A stretch of 64,000 bases of DNA from Chlorokybus atmophyticus. Lineage: Eukaryota; Plantae; Mesostigma and Chlorokybus algae. The stretch spans positions 15,283-79,282 of the forward strand of contig RHPI01002907.1 of NCBI GenBank assembly GCA_009103225.1. Direction: 5' to 3'. Below, piece after piece: positions 28,401 to 36,982 of this stretch (its first letter is position 1; each line of letters begins with the position of its first letter). Both the position numbers and the translations under genes were made by a program. The notes beneath the pieces are model-generated. The model did no database searches. It was not told where the DNA came from and worked only from the letters and a program-made list of their open reading frames with translations.

Positions 28401-30897
28401 GGTTGAGCCAACAATCGGTCACGCGTGAGGCGATATTGCTCCTGATACGCTTCATTCAACTTCACTGCCATCTCTAAATTCTTGAGTAAAGTGGGTAAGT
28501 TGTCTTGCTGCTCCCAGAGTGACGCTGGCTTGATCGATGATGACGTGGACCCGCCGTTGTTGTTGTTGTTGTTGTTGGCAGTATTGTTGTTGTTGTTGGG
28601 AGTGCTGCCTATGGGTGCGCCTCGATTGACAATATACGCCTTGCAATTGGCTATCATCTGGTTTGTGACTTTGCAGAACAGCGTGGTCATGCGCTCTGGC
28701 GTGTTGTAGTACCTCGCGATGGTGTGCATCATCTTGATATTGTTCATGAGTGCGGGTAGCGAGTCTATGACGGCTTGCGGTGTCCCCGTATACATCGGCT
28801 CCAGACTCATCTCCAATGTTGTCAGATACTTGACATTATCCTTCGCCTCATTGGCCGCATCCGTGACCTTGATATCTATGGCCTTCCACGTACGGTGAGC
28901 CTTACTCCTCCCCGCCATCGCCACACCCAACACGAGCTTCGCCTCCTTACTCTTCAACTGCTCAGTGATGCTATTAAACTTGGCCATCCTGTTCCTCCAA
29001 AACTCCAACTCAGTATGAGGGCCAACATCCTCACTATCTTTGGTACTTGACCTTGACCCCCCCTGTTGTATCACCGACGTCTTATCCCCCCCTCCTTGCT
29101 CACTACTCCCATCCTCAAGCAGCCTCTCCACTTGTCCACACCACTCTTCCAACACGTTCTCCACGTGTTCCATGCACTCGTTGTCGGCGGCGGCGCGGTT
29201 GAAGCCGGCGGCTTTCATCTCGATGGTGTCGAGCCAGCGTCGGTCGGGCTTGCGGAGCTCAACGCCGCCGTGGAGGGAACCCGCGGCTTCTGCGAGGGAC
29301 GAGGCGAAGCGGTGGGCGGAAGAGAGGAAGTCGGAGACGGCGTCCTCGGGAGCACGGGCCCAGTCGGTCTGAAGATGTGGTGAGGGTGGGTGAGTACAGT
29401 TTACTTTTGGGTGTCTATGGTTGACACTTGCATCAAGTACGCGCAACTGTCTCAAGACCGGACACATGCACGCGCACGCACACACGCACGCGCACGCGCA
29501 CGCACACGCACACGCACACGCACACAGACAGCGCACAACCCATACACGCACTTGCGCACACATACTCACACGCACGCACGCGCGCACGCACACGCACACA
29601 CAGACGCACACCTGTTCTTTGAGCATTGGGAGGTACAGTTCTGTGAGGAGTGTTTTGAAGCATTCGAGAGCGCCGCCGGCCACCTCTCCAACCTGGTTGC
29701 ATCACTCTTTGTTAGTATAACTGCCATCACTACGAGTTTATTTTGACTGCTCAGGCAGCACAGACACTCACCGCGACATCTTGCTCTATGGTGGCGGCGG
29801 TGACGCCCTTCGGGTTGACACGCACAAAGTACGCCGCTTTACCCCGCAACTTGTCCATCTGCATGCACGTGTGTGTGAGATAATCCAGTTGATGTTCGTG
29901 TGTAGCATTGTAACTTGTACTGTTGTCACATGCACGCACCTCTCCTGTGGTGAGGTAGAGAGTGGGCCTCTTGCCCTTCTGTACAAACTCCCCCTCTGGA
30001 GTCTCCACCTCAGGCACCTGTTCATGCATTGAACACAAGCACCAATGTCAGTACATGACAATGTGAATCATCTATACCTTCAGTACATCAACAACAACAA
30101 CAACGCACCTGGTGGAAAAACACCAGCTTTTGCACGCCATTTGGCGTGAAAAAGTCATTGATCTGAGCCAGTGTGGAGTCGTCCCTGTGTGTGTGGTGAC
30201 GCATTCACGATTACGACTACTCTCGTAACACTCTGTCAACCAATCTAACAAACAAGACAGCGCTTGTTCTGGCTTACATGATGCAGCGCTCGGCTGCGGA
30301 GGGCTCCGAGCCATCGAACGCCTCTTTCAGCTGCAGCAAAAACACATGCAGCCTTGTGAAATACACCTCAGATGATCAAACACACCCAAAACTAACCAGC
30401 AACAGGGAAAACACAAATACGGCTCACTTCATTCTATTAGACGGCAAGCACACAATCAAGTCGTTTGCCTTGTTCTTCAACAAACGCAGAGAGTCTCTGG
30501 GCTATAGATTCAGCTCAGAGACTCTCTGGGACGTATTACTAGTGTATGTGTAGAACAAGGCCCAATACGGTTGGTTTCATCTTGCTCAAATCTATCACAA
30601 CACACCTACAACTCAAGTCCTCAGCAAAAAATCTGGCTGACTATTCCCGTTTGTTTCTGCAAGGCGTCCAGCGCAGACCCAAGAAGAGCCGAGAGGCATG
30701 CAACTTTTTCACGGTGCATTCGTTACCGAAAACCATTTTGACAACCTTTGTTTAACCGTATTAGTACTACAGGGCCCTCCCAAATCCTTTCTTCATCTTA
30801 TGCGAACTCAACTATAGATCAAGAGTGAAGAAGGGCGGGCCGTTGACAGCCACCATACCTTCGTGGCGATCCATCGGTGGCGCGCGTCCAGCGCCAT
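12444..30897 (-). CDS. ODA2: Axonemal outer-arm dynein gamma heavy chain (Chlamydomonas ODA2 / DNAH5-DNAH8 orthology group), complete multi-exon gene
   Basis: Start [13 protein letters not shown] (30859-30897), then tail motifs [13 protein letters not shown] and [14 protein letters not shown]-loops: AAA1 GPAGTGKT (22749-22772), AAA2 GPAGSGKT (21679-21702), AAA3 GGPG|TAKT split by an intron near 20215-20475, AAA4 GVGGSGKQ (18508-18531). Stalk, AAA5 and AAA6 follow, ending [13 protein letters not shown] (stop 12444-12446). The N-terminal tail closely follows the remembered ODA2 sequence. Confidence 0.95.
20974..21030. repeat. (GT)n microsatellite in a dynein intron
   Basis: Uninterrupted GT dinucleotide run. 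Confidence 0.95.
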
Positions 30898-31184
30898 TGT
30901 TAATGGTTGTTCCCACTGAGGCGGCACTTTATCTACACGTCTCCACCCTCATCTCCCTGTCATATTCTCCCGTCCTCCTCCTCCTCCTCCTCCTCCTCCT
31001 CGCCCGCCGCCGCCGCCTCCTGCGGGCGGGCCAACCCCGCTACCGCGCGCCCAACCGTAGTCACGTGACACTTTCGTTTAGGGCTTCCTTCATCAAAACT
31101 GGCCGTTGGGCAAAGTGCGCATACATACTTATTGTTGTTGTTAAGATGATATATTAGTTGTATTCAATCTACAGTGATGTAATC

Positions 31185-31256
31185 GGTTCCATGATCTAGT
31201 GGTTATGATGTGAGACTCTGAATCTCAATGCCCGAGTTCAAACCTCGGTGGAACCT
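31185..31256 (+). tRNA. trnQ-CTG: tRNA-Gln (anticodon CTG)
   Basis: Cloverleaf: acceptor GGTTCCA/TGGAACC, D-stem ATC/GAT, anticodon stem TGAGA/TCTCA with loop CTCTGAA, T-arm CCGAG-TTCAAAC-CTCGG. It is 72 nt with a T discriminator. Confidence 0.95.
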
Positions 31257-31287
31257 CCAAGATCATGCCCTCAAGCTGAGGGTTGTA

Positions 31288-31293
31288 TTTTTT
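31288..31293 (+). terminator. RNA polymerase III terminator (T6) for the tRNA-Gln
   Basis: TTTTTT lies 31 nt after the tRNA 3' end. Confidence 0.75.
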
Positions 31294-31744
31294 GAGCCAG
31301 AAAGTCACTGGTAAGCACCGGTGATTAACACCGGTGCTACCGGTCGTTACTTAAAATTTGGTACAGACGACCACTAGACCGACCGGTGTAGGCTGGGTAA
31401 TGACCGGCGGCCCGCTGTTCTTGTGTAAGGGAGAGACTGCTGGACAAGTGCTGGTAGATAATGACACGGCTTCGTGTGCAGGACAGGGCAGTCTGGAGTC
31501 AGATGGTCAGTGTTACACACACCATGTGCTAGCCACAGCCACAATAGTGTTGATGTGAGCGTGCGGCTCTACATGCTGGTTCGGTCGGCATCCCACCACA
31601 CCCAAGCAGACGCTGTCGTGTCATGGTGGCCTCGTGGGCTTGTTGCTTCATGCGACTTCCCTGCCGCATGCAATAACGAATGTCACACCGCTGTATTCGC
31701 GTGTATAATGCTAATATGTTGGGTTGGGCGCTGAGTGCTGCCTC

Positions 31745-32443
31745 TCAAGCCACGCTGACATCCTGGAACGAGAGCAACCCGGGACGCATGTGCAGCAATT
31801 GGTATGGCATCAGCAACTGGTGAGCGCCTTGTTGTGGCTATGGTATGCTTGGTTGCATCCCTGCTCGCTCAGACTTTCAAGTCCGGTGCATCGTCATTCA
31901 TAATGTTGGCCGCCCACTTCCCATAGGGTTGCAGCAGCACCTCGGCCTGGACCTTGACCAGGGTGATAGCCAGGCCTGCTGGAACAACAAACGCGATGCT
32001 CCAAGCACAGGTGTGATGAGTGAATGTGGGGTCTGTGCCTGTGTGGGTAGTAATGGGTGTTTGTACGCGTCGGGAGTTGCAGGCTGCGGTGAACTTGATC
32101 AAGTCATGGAAATGAGGATCCCATCCTCGACTTTTTGGTACAGCGATTTGCATTCGTTTGCCAACATCCTCGCCAGCAACCGCTACTCGTTTGTGTTCCT
32201 TGGGCGAGGCTGGCGCACTCGATCATTTCATCGCCACTCCCGGCGCAGCAGCCAGGGTGAGCTTGTTGTGTTGGCCACAACATGTGTGTATACAAAAACG
32301 CAAAGCTGGTACTCATACAGGTGAGCGCGGTGCAGTACGTGCACGTCAACACCGACGAGCCAGATCTGCTCTACTACCACCTGGCAGGTCCCACCTCAGG
32401 CTTTTGTGTGCAAGCCCACCGCGTGCAGGGCCGCCCGCCATGA
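31745..32443 (+). pseudogene. Spliced pseudogene fragment, tentatively Mediator MED16/SFR6 N-terminal WD region-like
   Basis: One frame continues across three phase-0 GT-AG introns (31820-31872, 32011-32082, 32257-32320) but has TAG at 31924 and TGA at 32113. EQPGTHVQQLVW...FIMLAAHFP*G...AWT...QAAVNLIKSW loosely resembles plant MED16 'RDSVQFIEW...LLIANFHGRITIWT...ANLV...SW' from memory. Confidence 0.4.
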
Positions 32444-33462
32444 CCCCCTCGTCCTCACCACCGCCTAAGAAAGCCTGAACTGAACACGCACCTCGTGCTT
32501 GCGCAAAGAGAGTTTTGCTTGAGCTAATTGCTTGACCCAAGGTTGTCAAGCTAGCGTACGAGAGAGAGCTAGCGTGATGGTAGGTCTGTAATTAGCCTGC
32601 TTGAACACAGACTCAATGATACTGGAGCATCTGGTATACTGGTATACTGGCTCCACTGCAGCATAAAAGTGAAGTGTTTGAAAAGGAGTACGAAGGGGTT
32701 AAAATCACCAATAAGCATCCAATTGTGGGTGCACGATGCCAAGAAAATGTGGTAATTCGATGTGCAGTAGAATGTGGTAATTCGATGTGCAGTAGAATGT
32801 GGTGTACCACTGGTTGCAGTGTACTTCCAATCAACACTACGTTTTCTTATGCTTGTGCTTGTGCTCGGGTATGTACAAAAGGGGGGGCATGCTGCTGGGT
32901 TTGCAATCTGGATCGCCATGCGCGTGTGCGTGTGATGGTGTGTCAGGATAGTTGAGCGACTGATACAAGCATGCATTGTGTCACACAAAAAGACATACAC
33001 ATTGAGGTTGTCAGGCTGGTACCTACACAGTGATGAACGACCATCGCCACATGACGTAAGCATATGCTATAAACATGCTGTTTATAAGCCCACAACGTTC
33101 ATGTGCAACTTCAGCAGCAACAGTGGCGAAAACAGCCTGCATGTGTATGTGTGTCAGATCAAGGGGTAGAGGGGAAAACCGACGTAAGAGATGGTGGTTG
33201 CTACTGGCCGGCTTCGAGTTTCAAGGCTAGCTCACCAACATCGCCGCCGCCACTGGCTGCCTCCACAACAGAACATGATTGTTCACGTGTTGCAGCCTGT
33301 GTTGTCCATGTGGTTGTGCGGACACACACGCTGCAAGCAGATGGCGGCGCCCACTATAGTAGAAAGCTAGCTCTCTGCTACACCCATGCGAGCAACACGA
33401 GTCTCTTATTCATGCAGGTCTGGAATTGGAGAAAGCTGCATGCTAAGCGATGCTCCCCTGCC

Positions 33463-33578
33463 TCACTCAGCTGCAGCGCGGACAGGCGCAAACCAAGGAT
33501 GCTCCTGTGAAAGTAACAGGATAGTGTTCAAGAGTGTGAGTGTCAAGTTGGCAGATGAGGATACACGATGGAGTGGGT

Positions 33579-33673
<95 letters not shown>

Positions 33674-35296
33674 CTGAGCCTCCTTGGAGATGAGGCGTTC
33701 GTGGTGGTCATATCGCAGCAGCTTGTCTAGGAAGTCCAGTGCTTCAGGTGTGACAAGGTGCTGGTTGTCTGCGTTAACGAACTTTGTCCACGGCTTCTTG
33801 GAGTGTCGGCCAACGAGTGCCTCGAGGTGCGGGTCGAGCTCGATGCGGTACTTGGCAAGGTACGCGTAGAGGTCGTCTGTGCCGAGGACTTTGGCGATCT
33901 TGACGAGCTGGTCGTAGTTGTCGTGGCCATAGAAGAATGGCTCTTTGCGGAAGATCATGGAGGCCACCATGCATCCGAGTGACCATAGGTCGAGGGAGTA
34001 ATCATAGTCCTGCAGGTCCACGAGGAGCTCGGGCCCCTTGAAGTAGCGCGAGGCCACGCGCACGTTGTACTCCTTGCCCGGGTGGTAGAACTCCGCCAGG
34101 CCCCAGTCGATGAGGCGCAGCTTGCGCTGCTCGTGGTCGATCATCACGTTGTGCGGCTTCACGTCGCGGTGCATGATGCCCTGAGAGTGGCAGTAGTCCA
34201 GCGCCTTGAGCAGCTCGTGGATGTAGTAGCGGATGTCGTAGTCGCTCAGCGTCGGGTACAGCGCCTTGAAGTCCGTGTTGTTGACCAGCTCGAATATCAG
34301 GCTGGGCGTCTTGCTCTGCGGGTCGCGCACGATGTCCAGCAGCTTGATGATGTTGGGGCCCCCGCGCAGGTTCTGCAAGATCTTGATCTCGCGCTTGATC
34401 TTCTTCTTCTTCACCGGCTTCAAGATCTTGATGATGCAACCCTCATGCGAACGCGCGTTCACACCCTCAAACACCTCACTGTACTTGCCCCGCCCCACCT
34501 TGCGCACCACCTCATAGTCCTCCTGGTCCCTGCGCACACATGCGTATGTGTATTTGGGTGCGTGCGCGTGCGTGTGCCACTGCTCTGGTCCCTGCACATG
34601 CATGCGTATGTGTGCGTTTGTGTGCGCATGTGTGTGTGCGCCACTGCCTAGGCCAATACTGCACCTGATGATGTTGTGTAAAGACATGCCATGCCCCATG
34701 AAACTGCCAGTTTTACCAGGAGACGGACATTGTACGCGTAGAACTCAGTAGCAGAATTGCCAGCTTTGTGCCATTGCACACATTCAAGTGATCAATTGAT
34801 TTCAGGGTGGTGCTATTAAGAAGCTGAGAACGCACGGGACGACTCGAACTGAGAGACTGACATGATACGCGTAGAAGTACCAGTTTATACTAATCTGCAT
34901 AAGTGAGTTCAGGGCAGTCCTGTTGGGTAGAACTCAGTCGTAGAATTACCAGCTTTGCGGCATTGCACACACGAAAGTGAACAACTGAGTTCAGGGCAAC
35001 GCTGTTGGGTAGAATTCGGTCGTAGAAATAACAGCTTTGTTGCTCACATACTAGAGTGAACAACTGAGTTCAGGGCAGTGCTGTTGAGAAGTTGAAAATG
35101 CACGGCTCACACATCCCCGTGAAGTTACATACACGCTCAGGGTCAAATTCAGGAGTCTGTGTGGTGACATGTGTGATGACTTACAGGTAGTGTAAGCTAC
35201 TTACCCCCATTGGACCTGTAGTGATTCGTAATCCCAATACTCCTTTGGCCGTTTTGTGTTAACGTCCGCGTAAACTCTAGCCCGCGCCTGCGCCAT
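33463..35296 (-). CDS. CKA: Casein kinase II catalytic alpha subunit, 3 coding exons
   Basis: Exon 1 [31 protein letters not shown] (35205-35296). Exon 2 (about 33671-34529) has [59 protein letters not shown]. Exon 3 is [13 protein letters not shown]. Confidence 0.98.
33580..33668. repeat. (CA)n microsatellite in CK2 intron 2
   Basis: Pure CA run of about 44 units. Confidence 0.97.
34738..35107. repeat. Degenerate minisatellite (about 80-bp unit, 3-4 copies) in CK2 intron 1
   Basis: Recurring GTAGAACTCAGT...AGAATT-CCAGCTTTG...AGTGAACAACTGAGTTCAGGGCA at about 34738, 34870 (partial), 34927 and 35008. Confidence 0.8.
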
Positions 35297-36982
35297 CGCC
35301 TCCACCACCACCACACCCCGACCAAGCCCCGCACTAACCCCTACAGCCTGACACTGCCCGTGCTGAGGATGACTCGGCAAACAGCCGCCTCAGCAACAAC
35401 GCCGCCCGCCAATCTACAGCAGTGGCGGGGCGGCGTTACCTCAGAGCAGCGTGTGAACAATGTAGAAAATCCCAGTGCGTTCAGGGGTAGGATTAGGGTT
35501 AGGGCTAGATTTCCAACTCTCAGGTCATCGTAGAGTCGAGGATCACAAGCACAAGCATTTCCACAGCAGGCAACACAATTAGCATATACACGTATACAAC
35601 ATGTGAAGCACAAAGGTGTGGCACACACGAGTACAGGCCGTTTTACATCTATATTATGGTGGCAATTCTCGAGTCGCTGAATTGGCACAAGTGTGTGTTG
35701 GAGCACCTTTGGTGCTGGTTACTACTGCTGAGTGTTTGAGACTGCTGCTGGTTACTGCAGCTCAGGTTGACGCCTTGGTTTTATCTAATAGGCTTGCATG
35801 TTATTATCATCAATATTGCTTGACACTATGATTACCTTGGCGTTACAGGTTTTAGCATGTGTTGAAGGTCTTTAGCTCTCACTCTCTTGCTGTCTCCCTG
35901 AGACCTACCAGTAGGTACATACAGGAGAGCACGCGCTTGCACTAGATTGTAATAAGTTATTTGTTGTGCGGTGCAATGGTTATTCGATTGTGATAAGCGT
36001 CGTACGTGCAATGTGGACACAGTTGTCTCGCGCATATCCTATACATTCTGACAGGCAACACGCAGCTGTACTGGCAGGTTCAAATGTAATCACTGTATAC
36101 AAAAGATGGGACATGCATAGCGTGCATGCAAGTCCCGCCGTGTACAAGCTAGGTCAGCAAGCGCACACCAATAGCAGCCATATGCACATGCGCATAACAT
36201 CTTAACAACCTGGTGCGCACCTTGCCACATATCCAAAGTACCACTCCTGAACGCTGAAATACTACACAGCCATGCCAAAGTTGCACACAAGCCACTGCCT
36301 TGCCACGCCACAAAACTGAGTGCCATGATAGAAACTATCAGTACCACGCAATGTGTACCACACATACCCAATCACGCCATCTTGGCTGTTCCAATGCCTA
36401 AATACTACGACGATGTGGAAATGAAGCTGAACTGCTGCATACAGTGCTGCGTCATCGTGCCAAGAGCAGTGCAAGACCTGCAGGCTCCTTCACTGTGTTG
36501 GTGGGGCATTGCACGCAACTCCCACTCCCACTGCAACTGCATGCGGTACAGGTCCCTGCGAAAGTGTGGCCGACAAGCGCACCATGCAAGCGGTAGGCGA
36601 CAAGGAACAGACAGCATTCATCGACCACAACAGTATGCCGCACCACAACACATGCAACGGGGCAAATGCGCACATCCATGTCATAGCGATCAAAGCCAAC
36701 CAGGGGCAGCATGTGAACAGTTGTTGTACAGCCAAAACGCCCTACAAAAGTGCGCATCAAACCTGGGCAGGCACGTATGCTGCCGTGCAATGAGGGTCTC
36801 CATTTGCTGGGCAGTATTCGAACATGAGAGACTCTTCGAGTAAATGTCTCAGCGTGTAACTTCAAAATCCTGCCACTGACGTACTTGCATGTGCAGCATA
36901 CTCTGCGCTCTCCAGGGACTCCACACTTGCTACATGTAATGGTGCACAGGGTGCTTAGGGAAGGGTGCCAGGCAGAACACGT

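Noticed and set aside
31924-32115. Internal TAG/TGA as evidence of a reassigned genetic code
   Set aside because: Intact genes in the window end with TAA (HAD, SEC3), TAG (CHLG, MLK) and TGA (WDR82, dynein, CK2), so the standard code applies.
32745-32803. 25-bp tandem duplicate (TGGTAATTCGATGTGCAGTAGAATG x2) and the 11-bp triplicate at about 14741-14772; considered as CRISPR-like
   Set aside because: Head-to-tail repeats without spacers, in a eukaryotic UTR or intron, with no cas genes.
34082-34651. 189-aa plus-strand ORF overlapping CK2
   Set aside because: Antisense open frame expected from strongly G/C-ending codons in the CK2 exon; there is no independent evidence.
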